DNA of 64,000 nucleotides from Yoonia sp. (GTDB lineage Bacteria; Pseudomonadota; Alphaproteobacteria; Rhodobacterales; Rhodobacteraceae): NCBI GenBank assembly GCA_029250945.1, contig JAQXEG010000011.1, positions 38,727 to 102,726 of the forward strand, read 5' to 3'. Shown piece by piece: positions 30,674 to 40,337 of this stretch (position 1 is its first letter; each line of letters starts with the position of its first letter). The notes under the pieces were generated by a model. It saw only the letters and a program-made list of their open reading frames with translations, ran no database searches and was not told where the DNA came from. The position numbers and the translations under genes were made by a program.

Positions 30674-30699
30674 CGTAGGATGGGTTTTAACCCATCATA
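30674..30699 (+). repeat. REP-type element copy c
   Basis: CGTAGGATGGGTTTTAACCCATCATA, in the divergent gap between AOX and a GNAT gene. Confidence 0.8.
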
Positions 30700-30715
30700 G
30701 AGGAATCTTTGATCA

Positions 30716-31201
30716 ATGATCGCCACCCCACAATTTGCCCGCGATATGAAACGCGCGGATGAGGCCGCTGTCGATGCACTTCTACAGGCGGCATTTGGTG
30801 GCACGGATGAGGTGAAGCTGGTGCAACGTTTGCGGCGCAGTGGCCGTATTGCGGGTGAACAGGTGATGCCGATGGGCGACCGGATCGTCGGCTACTACGC
30901 TCTGTCACACCTTGTGGCGCCCACAGGATGGCTGGCCCTTGCGCCGGTTGCGATTGCACCTGACGTGCAAGGGCGCGGATATGGGAAGCGTATGATCGGT
31001 ATGTTGAGCGAATGGGCGCGGCTGACCCAAACGCCTGTTGTGGTGGTTGGTGATCCCAAATTCTACACGCGGGCCGGATTTGACGCGAGTAACGCCCAAC
31101 AATTCGAAAGTCCCTATCCGGTTGCGGTCACCGCCGTTGCTGGCATCGCTGAACCAAAGCCTGCCGTTTTGAAATACGGCCGTGAATTCGACGGGGTATG
31201 A
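30716..31201 (+). CDS. GNAT family N-acetyltransferase
   Basis: 161 aa. Core VQGRGYGKRMI. Confidence 0.85.
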   Translation: MIATPQFARDMKRADEAAVDALLQAAFGGTDEVKLVQRLRRSGRIAGEQVMPMGDRIVGYYALSHLVAPTGWLALAPVAIAPDVQGRGYGKRMIGMLSEWARLTQTPVVVVGDPKFYTRAGFDASNAQQFESPYPVAVTAVAGIAEPKPAVLKYGREFDGV

Positions 31202-31221
31202 TGGGTCGAGACCCATCATAC
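31196..31221. repeat. REP-related perfect palindrome (copy d)
   Basis: GTATGATGGGTC-GA-GACCCATCATAC with 12-bp perfect arms. It overlaps the GNAT stop codon. A stem position is changed on both arms relative to the family (TT..AA -> TC..GA). Confidence 0.7.
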
Positions 31222-31241
31222 TTGGATAGGACCTAAAACAG

Positions 31242-32090
31242 ATGAAGCTATTTGTGCTTGTGGCGTTGACCATGGTGGCCTTTGCGGCAAATTCGGTCCT
31301 GAACCGTATCGGCGTTGCGCAATTCGGTATGGACCCGTTTGTGTTTGCCGTTCTGCGTGTTGCGGCAGGGGCGGCGATGCTGGCTGGCCTTGTTGCGTTG
31401 CGTGGTAACCGCCCATGGCTGGGCCTTGCCCAACATGGGCCAGCAGCATTTGCGCTTACGACCTATATGATCGGCTTTTCATGGGCCTACCTTAGCCTTG
31501 GTGCAGGGTTGGGCGCATTGATCCTATTCGGGGCTTTGCAAATTATGCTGTTTGGCTGGGCCTTGGTCCAAGGCCAATCTATCTCGCCACAACGCTGGGC
31601 AGGTGTTGCCTTGGCGTTGGCGGGGCTGGTGGTTTTACTGTGGCCGGGTGCCGCGGCGACGGTGCCATTCTGGGGGACCATCGCGATGTTGGTGGCAACA
31701 GCGGGTTGGGCTGGCTACACGGTTCTGGGTCAGGGCGCACAGGATCCCTTACGCGCGTCGTCGGGCAATTTCATCTTATGCTTGCCTATGGCGCTGCCCG
31801 TCCTGATGGTCGTTGGACCAACGTCACTGAATACTGGGGGCGTCGTGACTGCCGTTGTCGCAGGGGCTGTGACGTCCGGACTGGGCTATGCGTTATGGTA
31901 CCGCGTGCTGCCACAGCTAGCGACCACAACAGCGGCAACCGCGCAGCTCAGCGTGCCGGTGATCGCTGTTGTCGGCGGCGCGATTTTCTTGGGCGAGCCG
32001 GTCACATTGCGCATGGTGTCCGCTGCGGTACTGGTGCTGGGAGGTATTGCGCTGTCTAACGCACGATGGGTTCGAGCGGGTCATAGCTGA
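31242..32090 (+). CDS. DMT superfamily (EamA-type) transporter
   Basis: 282 aa, about 10 TM helices, duplicated EamA-like halves. Confidence 0.85.
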   Translation: MKLFVLVALTMVAFAANSVLNRIGVAQFGMDPFVFAVLRVAAGAAMLAGLVALRGNRPWLGLAQHGPAAFALTTYMIGFSWAYLSLGAGLGALILFGALQIMLFGWALVQGQSISPQRWAGVALALAGLVVLLWPGAAATVPFWGTIAMLVATAGWAGYTVLGQGAQDPLRASSGNFILCLPMALPVLMVVGPTSLNTGGVVTAVVAGAVTSGLGYALWYRVLPQLATTTAATAQLSVPVIAVVGGAIFLGEPVTLRMVSAAVLVLGGIALSNARWVRAGHS

Positions 32091-32502
32091 TCGCATCGGC
32101 GTCGCTCCAAGCCAGGGCGGCAAGGCTGTCAGGCTTCACCTTGATCTGCGCGAGTTCGGCGCGTGTGACCCATTTGCGGTGACTGACGATACCCTCTGGG
32201 TCAGCCCAATCTGCAGCGATTTCACCACCAATAATCTGCGCACGAAAGTAGATGTCGGTCTGATGAAAATCGCCATTCGGATCGTGAAATTCATTGATCA
32301 AACACACAGGGCCGACATCAATCTGCAATCCGGTTTCCTCGTGCACTTCACGGATCAGGTTTTCGGGCAGGCTGCTGTGGGGTTCTGCGCCGCCGCCGGG
32401 CGCGCACCAGAGGCCAGTGCGCCCTTTCCAAGCGTTCACCAGCAACAGCCGGTTTTCGTGTAAAATGATGGCGCGGGTCGCAAGGCGAATGGGGCGTGTC
32501 AT
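32056..32502 (-). CDS. NUDIX hydrolase
   Basis: 148 aa. Nudix box GGGAEPHSSLPENLIREVHEETG. Confidence 0.9.
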   Translation of the reverse strand: MTRPIRLATRAIILHENRLLLVNAWKGRTGLWCAPGGGAEPHSSLPENLIREVHEETGLQIDVGPVCLINEFHDPNGDFHQTDIYFRAQIIGGEIAADWADPEGIVSHRKWVTRAELAQIKVKPDSLAALAWSDADAISYDPLEPIVR

Positions 32503-32592
32503 GCGGGGCAGAGTGGATCGGAACGGTCAAAAGACGCAAGGTCAGTTTTCCGCGCCTCTACAGAATAGGGTGCCACATGTTATGTCGGTGGC

Positions 32593-33321
32593 ATGAAACG
32601 TATCCTGACCACCCTAGTGCTTGTTGTGGCGCCCATGATGGCTACAGCACAAGAGCAATGTGTTGTCCTGCTGCACGGGCTGGCGCGGACCGAGATTTCG
32701 TTCGCCCCCATGGCGCTTGTGCTGGAAAGCAACGGGTACAAAGTGGTCAACAGTGGCTATCCATCGACCGAGGATACGATCCAGCGGCTGGTGGATGAAA
32801 ACCTGCCGTTTGATGTGGCGGCTTGTGGTGATGCGCAGGTGAATTTCGTGACGCATTCCATGGGCGGTATCCTTGCGCGCGCGTGGCTGCAAAATAACCG
32901 GCCTGCGGACATGGGCCGCGTGGTGATGTTGGGGCCACCCAACAACGGGTCGGAATTGGTTGATATCTTCGGTGATTTTGAGCCGTTCCAATGGGTGAAC
33001 GGTCCGGCTGGGCTTCAGCTTGGGACAGAAGCGGACAGCCTTCCTAATTCGCTGGGCTTGGCCGAAGTTGAGGTTGGTATCATTGCTGGCACCCGCAGCT
33101 TGAACCCCGTCTATTCATCGCTGATCGACGGGCCGGATGACGGCAAGGTTTCGGTCGAAAGCACCCATTTGTTGGGCGAAGTCGACCACATCGAGATGCC
33201 GGTCACGCACACGTTCATGATGAACAATCCGCTTGTTATGGCGCAGGTCATGGCGTTCCTTGAACGCGGACGTTTTGATCGCGGAATCACGTGGGGCGGT
33301 GTGGTTTTCGGCTCGGACTAG
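32593..33321 (+). CDS. secreted alpha/beta hydrolase (lipase/esterase-like)
   Basis: 242 aa. Signal peptide, nucleophile elbow HSMGG. Confidence 0.8.
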   Translation: MKRILTTLVLVVAPMMATAQEQCVVLLHGLARTEISFAPMALVLESNGYKVVNSGYPSTEDTIQRLVDENLPFDVAACGDAQVNFVTHSMGGILARAWLQNNRPADMGRVVMLGPPNNGSELVDIFGDFEPFQWVNGPAGLQLGTEADSLPNSLGLAEVEVGIIAGTRSLNPVYSSLIDGPDDGKVSVESTHLLGEVDHIEMPVTHTFMMNNPLVMAQVMAFLERGRFDRGITWGGVVFGSD

Positions 33322-33327
33322 GTCCGC

Positions 33328-34377
33328 TTATTTCACAAAATTGACGTGGCCCATTTTGCGGCCCGGCTTGGTGTCCGTCTTGCCATAAAGGTGAATAGCC
33401 GCGTTTGATTTCGCAAGTTCCGGCAGGCGGTCCATATCGTCACCGATCAGGTTTTCCATCACCACATCGCTATGGCGCGATCCATCGCCAAGGGGCCAAC
33501 CGGCGACAGCACGGATGTGCTGTTCAAACTGATCAACGGCACAGCCATTTTGCGTCCAGTGGCCAGAATTGTGCACGCGTGGTGCAATCTCGTTCACGAT
33601 CAGGCCCTGCGGCGTGACGAACAATTCAACCCCCATGACGCCCACATAATCCAATGCGTTCAAGATTTTCGCCGCGATCAATACGGCATCGGTGCGCTGG
33701 CCTGGGGTCATTTTTGCGGGCACGGTTGTCGTGCGCAAAATACCGTCTTCATGCACGTTTTCACCCGGATCATAACAGGCAACGGACCCGTCCGCGCCGC
33801 GTGCGCCGATGATCGACACCTCGTGGCTGAAATTGACGAATCCTTCGAGGATCGCGGGTGCGCCGTTCATATCCGCGATGGCTTGGGGCGCATCGTCTGG
33901 CGACATGATGCGGGCCTGCCCCTTGCCATCATAGCCCATTGTGCGGGTTTTCAGGATTGCGGGGGTGCCGATATCTGCAATTGCTGCGTCAAGGTCAGCG
34001 GCGGCGTCGACGGTGGCAAACGGGGCCGTCATCAGGCCATGCGATTGCAGGAATGTCTTTTCGGTCAGGCGGTCTTGGGATGTGGCTAGGGCCTGCCGTC
34101 CGGGATGGATAGGGCGCAGTGTTTCCAGCAGATCAAGCGCGGATGTGGGGATGTTTTCAAATTCATAAGTGATCACATCGACGGAGGCCGCAAAGCTGCG
34201 CAGCGCAGCCTCATCATCGTAAGGTGCGGTGGTCAGGTGGTTAGCCACATGGGCCGCCGGCGGGTTGGCACCGGGTTCAAAGATGTGCGTTTTTAGGCCA
34301 AGGCGGCTTGCCGCGACAGACAACATGCGCCCCAACTGGCCACCACCCAAAATACCGATCGTTTTGACGTTACTCAT
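33328..34377 (-). CDS. purK: 5-(carboxyamino)imidazole ribonucleotide synthase
   Basis: Starts at [21 protein letters not shown]-grasp fold. Its start overlaps the purE stop (ATGAGTAA). Confidence 0.93.
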   Translation of the reverse strand: MSNVKTIGILGGGQLGRMLSVAASRLGLKTHIFEPGANPPAAHVANHLTTAPYDDEAALRSFAASVDVITYEFENIPTSALDLLETLRPIHPGRQALATSQDRLTEKTFLQSHGLMTAPFATVDAAADLDAAIADIGTPAILKTRTMGYDGKGQARIMSPDDAPQAIADMNGAPAILEGFVNFSHEVSIIGARGADGSVACYDPGENVHEDGILRTTTVPAKMTPGQRTDAVLIAAKILNALDYVGVMGVELFVTPQGLIVNEIAPRVHNSGHWTQNGCAVDQFEQHIRAVAGWPLGDGSRHSDVVMENLIGDDMDRLPELAKSNAAIHLYGKTDTKPGRKMGHVNFVK

Positions 34378-34858
34378 CGCGTGGTTCATCCGGGATTGAG
34401 GCCGACAAATCGGCGCGCCATTGGTCCAGTCGTGCAGCCAGATCAGCATCTTGCAGCGCCAGAATACCTGCGGCCATCAGGCCCGCATTTGCAGCACCAG
34501 CCGCGCCAATGGCCATCGTCGCCACGGGAAAGCCACGCGGCATTTGTAGGATGGAATACAGGCTATCGACGCCTGACAGCGCCTTGGTTTGCACTGGCAC
34601 GCCGACGACCGGCACACGGGTTTTGGACGCCATCATGCCGGGCAAATGCGCGGCACCACCGGCACCTGCGATAATCACCTGCAACCCACGGTCAGCGGCG
34701 GTTTTGCCATAGTCCCACAAACGATCAGGGGTGCGGTGGGCCGAGACGATTTTCGCCTCATAGCTGATCTCGAGCGCATCTAGCATATCTGCCGCTTCGC
34801 GCATGGTGGGCCAGTCAGATTGGCTTCCCATAATGATGCCGACCAATGGTTGGGTCAT
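34370..34858 (-). CDS. purE: 5-(carboxyamino)imidazole ribonucleotide mutase
   Basis: 162 aa, canonical ([22 protein letters not shown]). Confidence 0.96.
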   Translation of the reverse strand: MTQPLVGIIMGSQSDWPTMREAADMLDALEISYEAKIVSAHRTPDRLWDYGKTAADRGLQVIIAGAGGAAHLPGMMASKTRVPVVGVPVQTKALSGVDSLYSILQMPRGFPVATMAIGAAGAANAGLMAAGILALQDADLAARLDQWRADLSASIPDEPRDE

Positions 34859-34921
34859 TGTGATCCCCTGCAGTTTAAAAAAACAGCACTATACCCATGC
34901 AAGCGGTCCGCGCAACGCCAA

Positions 34922-35140
34922 TCAGGCGATGATATCGGGGGTAACTTTATCCTCAAGCGCGACGATCTTGTCCTTAAGCGCGAGTTTCTGTTTCTTGAGC
35001 CGTTTGATGGCCAAAACATCCGCAGCTTGCCTGTCTTGCAGGGCCGTAATCGCATCGTCTAGATCGCGGTGTTCCTGACGCAGCACTGCAAGCTCGATCC
35101 GGAGCACCTCAATCTGGTCCATTTTCGCAGAACTGTTCAT
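34922..35140 (-). CDS. DUF465 (YdcH-like) family protein
   Basis: 72 aa coiled-coil (LRQEHRDLDDAI...LKKQKLALKDKI). Confidence 0.8.
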   Translation of the reverse strand: MNSSAKMDQIEVLRIELAVLRQEHRDLDDAITALQDRQAADVLAIKRLKKQKLALKDKIVALEDKVTPDIIA

Positions 35141-35213
35141 AAAATCGGTGCCTTACACGTCGGATAACTTCTGATTGATACGCGCATTCGGGTGATTCCT
35201 CCTAATGGTTCCT

Positions 35214-35242
35214 CTTGTAGGATGGGCGATTGCCCCCCATAT
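35214..35242 (+). promoter_or_regulatory. sigma32 (RpoH)-type promoter upstream of hsp20
   Basis: CTTGTAG-N13-CCCCATAT compared with the consensus CTTGAA-N13-17-CCCCATNT. About 60 nt upstream of the Hsp20 start. Confidence 0.55.
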
Positions 35243-35304
35243 TCTATGAATGGTCGCCAAAACGGGGCCGCAACGACATGTCGCTTTGATAAAGGACGCG
35301 TGCG

Positions 35305-35718
35305 ATGACAAAATTGGCTTTGGGAACCCATCCGTTCCTATTGGGGTTTGAACAGCTGGAACGCTTGGTTGAGCGGACCGCGAAAACCGGCAACGACGGT
35401 TATCCCCCCTATAATATCGAACAAACGTCAGAAAATTCTTACCGGATCACACTGGCCGTTGCGGGGTTCGCGATGGCGGATTTGTCGATCACGGTTGAGG
35501 ACAATGCATTGGTGATCCGTGGCCGTCAGGTCGACGATAGCGAAGGGCGCGTATTCCTGCATCGCGGGATTGCAGCGCGCCAGTTCCAGCGATCATTCGT
35601 GCTGGCCGATGGCGTCGATGCGGGCGAGGCGGTGATGGAAAACGGGTTGCTGCACGTTGATCTGAACCGAAGCGTGCCTGAGCGCGTTGTACAAACAATC
35701 AATATCCGAAAGGGGTAA
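35305..35718 (+). CDS. Hsp20/alpha-crystallin family small heat-shock protein
   Basis: 137 aa. IbpA-like (YPPYNIEQTSENSYRITLAVAGF). Confidence 0.93.
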   Translation: MTKLALGTHPFLLGFEQLERLVERTAKTGNDGYPPYNIEQTSENSYRITLAVAGFAMADLSITVEDNALVIRGRQVDDSEGRVFLHRGIAARQFQRSFVLADGVDAGEAVMENGLLHVDLNRSVPERVVQTINIRKG

Positions 35719-35721
35719 GCG

Positions 35722-35934
35722 ATGAATGTGAAATTTGACTTTGCCAAGACGGTTTATGTGAAACCGATTGATGTGGCGGACCTGCCTGTGGAATTGCGCG
35801 ATCAGGCGGGTGATCTGGACCATCTTTTTGCGGTGCATAATGCGGATGGCGAACAGTTGGCGCTGGCGGCGACGAATGCACTTGCGGTGCATCTGGCGCT
35901 GGAAAACGATTTGCAACCTGTGTCGTTGCACTAG
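35722..35934 (+). CDS. DUF1150 family protein
   Basis: 70 aa. The usual partner gene downstream of alphaproteobacterial hsp20. Confidence 0.8.
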   Translation: MNVKFDFAKTVYVKPIDVADLPVELRDQAGDLDHLFAVHNADGEQLALAATNALAVHLALENDLQPVSLH

Positions 35935-35935
35935 C

Positions 35936-35963
35936 CTGCGTAGGATGGGTTTTAACCCATCAT
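35936..35963 (+). repeat. REP-type element copy e
   Basis: CTGCGTAGGATGGGTTTTAACCCATCAT, 2 nt after the DUF1150 stop. Confidence 0.8.
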
Positions 35964-36006
35964 GGTAAAACGCCCGCGGCCATATCGGTCGCGGGCGTTT
36001 GTCGTT

Positions 36007-38082
36007 TTAGCCTGTGATCAGACCCATTGAGTCCAGCTTTAGCAGGATCTGGTGGGCGCAGTTATCAACGTCGACGTTTTCCGTCTCAAGGCTCAGCTCT
36101 GGATTTTCAGGAACATCGTAGGGGTCTGAAATCCCTGTGAATCCCTTGATTTTGCCTTCGCGGGCCAGCTTGTACAGACCCTTGCGGTCACGGCGTTCAC
36201 ATTCCTCGATGGATGTGGCGACGTGCACTTCGATAAAGGCACCAAACTGTTCGATATCCTCACGCACCGCGCGGCGGGTTGTGGCATATGGTGCGATGGG
36301 CGCACAGATCGCGATCCCGCCGTTCTTGGTAATCTCGGACGCGACATAGCCGATGCGGCGAATGTTCAGATCGCGGTGTTCCTTGGAAAACCCAAGCTCA
36401 GACGACAGGTTTTTGCGCACGATGTCACCATCGAGCAATGTTGTTGGACGCCCGCCCATTTCCATCAGCTTGACCATCAACGCATTCGCGATGGTGGATT
36501 TGCCAGAACCGGAAAAACCGGTCAGGAAGACGGTGAAACCCTGCTTGTTACGGGCGGGTTTCGTGCGGCGCAATTGCTCCACAACCTGCGGGAAGCTGAA
36601 CCATTCTGGAATTTCCAGACCTTCGGCCAAACGGCGGCGCAATTCGGTGCCAGAGATGTTCAGGATGGTTACCTTATCCTTGTCGGTGATTTCATCGGCA
36701 GGCTCGTACTGGGCGCGTTCTTGCACATAAACCATGTGCTTAAAGTCGACCATTTCGATGCCCATTTCCTCTTGATGCTCACGGAACAGGTCCTGCGCGT
36801 CATAGGGGCCATAGAAATCCTCACCCTGGCTGTTTGAACCCGGACCGGCGTGGTCGCGACCAACGATAAAGTGGGTGCAGCCGTGGTTTTTACGGATCAG
36901 ACCGTGCCAAACAGCCTCGCGCGGGCCAGCCATACGCATGGCAAGGTTCAACAAGGACATGGATGTGGTCGCGGCAGGATATTGATCCAGCACCGCCTCG
37001 TAACAACGCACGCGGGTAAAGTGATCCACATCGCCCGGCTTGGTCAGACCCACAACAGGGTGGATCAGCAGGTTGGCTTGGGCTTCTTTCGCGGCGCGGA
37101 ATGTCAGTTCTTGGTGCGCGCGGTGCAGCGGGTTGCGGGTTTGGAACGCAACAACCTTGCGCCAGCCCATCTTGCGGAAATAGGCGCGCAGTTCGTTGGG
37201 CGTGTCACGGCGACCGCGGAAATCATAGTGCACAGGCTGCTGAATACCTGTGACGGGGCCGCCCAGATACACGTCACCAGCGGTGTTGTGCAGATAGTTC
37301 ACGGCAGGGTGCGCGCTATCGTCGGCGCCGAATACCTTTTCGGCTTCTTTCGCTTTGTTGGGTGTCCATTTGTCGGTCACGGTCATCGTGCCAAGGATCA
37401 CACCTTCTTGGTCGCGCAGGGCGATGTCTTGGCCAATTTCAACGCCTTCGGCATAGTCTTTGGACACGTCCAGCGTGATCGGCATTGGCCACAATGTGCC
37501 GTCTGCAAGGCGCATGTTATCGACAACGCCGTTGTAATCTTCTTCTGTCAGGAACCCCTTAAGTGGGTTGAACCCGCCGTTCATCAGCAATTCCAGATCG
37601 CAAATCTGACGCAGTGTCAGATCGTGGGACGTCAGATCAGCCGCGTCTATTTTCATTTTCCGGGAGCTGTCAAAAGAGACGTAAAGCTCTGGGATCGGTG
37701 CGAGGTTATTCTGCATCAGTTTGGTCCTATGCCTAAACGGGGAAAGCCCCGATGTGGTGCCGGTCAATTCCGCATGAAGTGCGTCATACTCGGCGAACTT
37801 GCGCTTTAAAAAGGCGTTGGTAAGGCGATTTTTCGTAGATCCGCCGCGCAGCGTCAGCGCATATGCAACGCGCTTGCGCTTGTCGGCGCTGTCGTGGTCG
37901 GTAACTTCGATGAACCTGGCGTCCGTGGCGGCCCGTAGCAGCCCGTTCAGACGGCCCAGCGACATGCCAACAGCCGCCGCCAAGGCCCGCTGCGACGCGG
38001 CAGGGGTCAGGTCAAGCTGACGCAAAAGACGAAAAAGGTGATCCTCGTCTTCGGTCGACATGCTGGTGGGTTCGGTTTGCAT
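36007..38082 (-). CDS. bifunctional sulfate adenylyltransferase / adenylylsulfate kinase, continuous in frame with an N-terminal EPS-type MarR domain
   Basis: 691 aa ORF. Residues from Met123 (MQNNLAPIPELYVS...) give a 569-aa Sat+CysC with HRAH and a C-terminal P-loop GFSGSGKST. Residues 1-110 form a winged-helix regulator. Confidence 0.9.
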   Translation of the reverse strand: MQTEPTSMSTEDEDHLFRLLRQLDLTPAASQRALAAAVGMSLGRLNGLLRAATDARFIEVTDHDSADKRKRVAYALTLRGGSTKNRLTNAFLKRKFAEYDALHAELTGTTSGLSPFRHRTKLMQNNLAPIPELYVSFDSSRKMKIDAADLTSHDLTLRQICDLELLMNGGFNPLKGFLTEEDYNGVVDNMRLADGTLWPMPITLDVSKDYAEGVEIGQDIALRDQEGVILGTMTVTDKWTPNKAKEAEKVFGADDSAHPAVNYLHNTAGDVYLGGPVTGIQQPVHYDFRGRRDTPNELRAYFRKMGWRKVVAFQTRNPLHRAHQELTFRAAKEAQANLLIHPVVGLTKPGDVDHFTRVRCYEAVLDQYPAATTSMSLLNLAMRMAGPREAVWHGLIRKNHGCTHFIVGRDHAGPGSNSQGEDFYGPYDAQDLFREHQEEMGIEMVDFKHMVYVQERAQYEPADEITDKDKVTILNISGTELRRRLAEGLEIPEWFSFPQVVEQLRRTKPARNKQGFTVFLTGFSGSGKSTIANALMVKLMEMGGRPTTLLDGDIVRKNLSSELGFSKEHRDLNIRRIGYVASEITKNGGIAICAPIAPYATTRRAVREDIEQFGAFIEVHVATSIEECERRDRKGLYKLAREGKIKGFTGISDPYDVPENPELSLETENVDVDNCAHQILLKLDSMGLITG
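37717..38082 (-). other. MarR-family EPS-associated transcriptional regulator module (no stop codon of its own)
   Basis: DHLFRLLRQL...SQRALAAAVGMSLGRLNGLL...RVAYALTLRG...FLKRKFAEYDALHAEL follows the layout of about 110-aa EPS-associated MarR regulators. It reads through a 13-codon linker into the Sat Met. Confidence 0.65.
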
Positions 38083-38231
38083 TGCGCGCGACTTGGGGTT
38101 TGTTCACGAATGAACGTATGTCCCGAAGTGTATGTTCATGCTAGAATAAACTTTGTGCTGGTCCGAAGGCGGCGTATTTTTGCAACGTTCGCCTCCGGTA
38201 GAGGTATTCATAGCAAGTGGAAGAGGGGTGC

Positions 38232-39182
38232 TTATCCGTCGTCGTCTTGCTCTGCGATGAATTTTTCGGCGTCGAGCGCGGCCATACAGCCCATGCCCGC
38301 CGATGTCACAGCCTGACGATAGGTATGATCGGTCAGATCGCCGGCAGCAAAGACGCCGGGAATGGCGGTGCGGGTCGAGCCAGCCTCGACCTGCACATAG
38401 CCGCCGGAATGTGTTTCAAGCTGGTCTTTGACCAATTCGGACGCGGGCGCGTGACCGATGGCAACGAACACGCCCTTGGCGGGCAGGTCGGTAATTTCGC
38501 CGGTTTTGGTGTGCTTGACCTTCACCCCTTCAACGCCGAGCGGCGCATCGGTGCCATACACTTCCTCGATCTCGTGGAACCACAGGGGTTCGATCTTGGG
38601 GTTTTTCATCAGGCGCTGTTCAAGGATTTTTTCGCAGCGCAATTCATCGCGGCGGTGCACAAGTGTGACCTTGGACGCAAAGTTGGTGAGGAATAGCGCC
38701 TCTTCCACGGCTGTGTTGCCGCCGCCGACGACAACGATTTCCTGACCGCGGTAAAAGAACCCGTCGCAGGTCGCGCAGGCCGATACACCAAAGCCCTTGA
38801 ATTTCTCTTCGGACGGCAGGTTCAGCCATTTGGCGCGGGCACCGGTGCAAAGGATCACGGCGTCAGCGGTGTAAGTGGTGCCGCTGTCGGATGTGGCCGT
38901 GAACGGACGCTTGGACAGGTCCAACGATGTGATGATGTCGCCGATGATTTCGCAGCCCATGGCACGCGCATGTGCCTCCATCCGGATCATCAGATCGGGG
39001 CCTTGCACCTCGGTATCGCCGGGCCAGTTTTCAACCTCGGTCGTTGTTGTCAGCTGGCCGCCAGGTTCAATTCCCTGCACCAAAACCGGTTCGAGCATGG
39101 CGCGGCTGGCATAGACGCCAGCGGTATAACCCGCAGGGCCGGAGCCGATGATCAGAACTTTGGTGTGGCGTGTATCGGTCAT
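38232..39182 (-). CDS. trxB: thioredoxin-disulfide reductase
   Basis: Starts at MTDTRHTKVLIIGSGPAGYTA. Redox-active CATCDG. Confidence 0.96.
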   Translation of the reverse strand: MTDTRHTKVLIIGSGPAGYTAGVYASRAMLEPVLVQGIEPGGQLTTTTEVENWPGDTEVQGPDLMIRMEAHARAMGCEIIGDIITSLDLSKRPFTATSDSGTTYTADAVILCTGARAKWLNLPSEEKFKGFGVSACATCDGFFYRGQEIVVVGGGNTAVEEALFLTNFASKVTLVHRRDELRCEKILEQRLMKNPKIEPLWFHEIEEVYGTDAPLGVEGVKVKHTKTGEITDLPAKGVFVAIGHAPASELVKDQLETHSGGYVQVEAGSTRTAIPGVFAAGDLTDHTYRQAVTSAGMGCMAALDAEKFIAEQDDDG

Positions 39183-39354
39183 GGGGCATCTCGTGATTTG
39201 CGTGGCAGTCGATTTGATATAGCGGGCAGGGCCGTGTGTTGAAACCCCACGCACGCTTGCGTAATGCAATCATTTTATTGCGCATGTGTGAAACATTATT
39301 GCGTGTCCGATCTGTGTAGCGTAGTCTTTGCAAAGCTAATTAAGGGACACGACC

Positions 39355-39855
39355 ATGCCAGGCACAAAGCTTGATGAAATTGACCGTATGATTCTGGCCG
39401 AATTGCAGGCGGATGGTCGTATGACCAATGTAGAGCTTGCCAAACGTGTGGGGATTTCCGCACCGCCATGTTTGCGCCGCGTGCGCGCATTGGAAGAACA
39501 GGGTTTTGTGCGTGGCTATCACGCCGATGTGGACGCGCGCGAGCTGGGGTTCGAGGTGCAGGTGTTCGCCATGGTTGGGCTTGTCAGTCAGGCCGAGGTG
39601 GATTTGTCCGCGTTCGAGGCGAAGTGCCAAGACTGGCCACTTGTGCGCGAATGCCACATGCTGAACGGCGAGGTGGATTTCATCCTCAAATGTGTGGCCC
39701 CTGATTTGCGGTCATTCCAGCGGTTCCTGACCGAAGATTTGACGAGTGCCGACAATGTGGCAAGCGTCAAAACCTCGCTTGTGATCCGTGGCGCCAAGGA
39801 TGAACCGGGCGTACCGTTCGATGTGCTTGAGGCACGTCTGGCGCAAGACGCATAG
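39355..39855 (+). CDS. Lrp/AsnC family transcriptional regulator
   Basis: 166 aa. HTH (DRMILAELQADGRMTNVELAKRVGIS) plus an RAM domain. Confidence 0.93.
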   Translation: MPGTKLDEIDRMILAELQADGRMTNVELAKRVGISAPPCLRRVRALEEQGFVRGYHADVDARELGFEVQVFAMVGLVSQAEVDLSAFEAKCQDWPLVRECHMLNGEVDFILKCVAPDLRSFQRFLTEDLTSADNVASVKTSLVIRGAKDEPGVPFDVLEARLAQDA

Positions 39856-39938
39856 GAATTTCTCGCCCCAGGGCTGCGCGTCGCGCCCACTGGACCTAGG
39901 CTCGCGAGATAAACAGCGGCAAAGAAAAAGGGTAATCG

Positions 39939-40337
39939 GTGGGAGAAGAGTTAAGTGGCGCAAAGGTGTTTGTCGTTGAAGACGATTTCCTGATCCAAAT
40001 GGACATCACATTGACGTTGGAAGCCGCTGGTGCCTAGGTGGTGGCCGCAGGTTCTGTTACGGATGGTATGGCAAAAGTCACCGATGATTTTGACGCAGCC
40101 GTCCTTGACATCCGTCTCCTCGATGGGGAGGTCTACCCTGTCGCAGACGCGCTGGCGGCCCACGCGACACCGCTGATTTTTTATTCGGGAAATGTGGATG
40201 GGGCTGCCCAGATTACAGGTGGATCGCCGCAATCAGACGTCCGTAGTCGACATCTTCGTCATGCAAGCTGCGCCGGTAGGAATAGAATCGGCTTGGGTCG
40301 GCATAGGTACAGTGGCGCGTCCACGCTGCGTCCTTGA
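39939..40337 (+). pseudogene. single-domain response regulator receiver with an in-frame TAG at 40035-40037
   Basis: A GTG start gives MGEELSGAKVFVVEDDFLIQMDITLTLEAAGA*VVAAGSV...AAVLDIRLLDGEVYP...PLIFYSG. The 3' part runs about 125 nt into pgeF on the other strand, so the C-terminus is uncertain. Confidence 0.65.
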
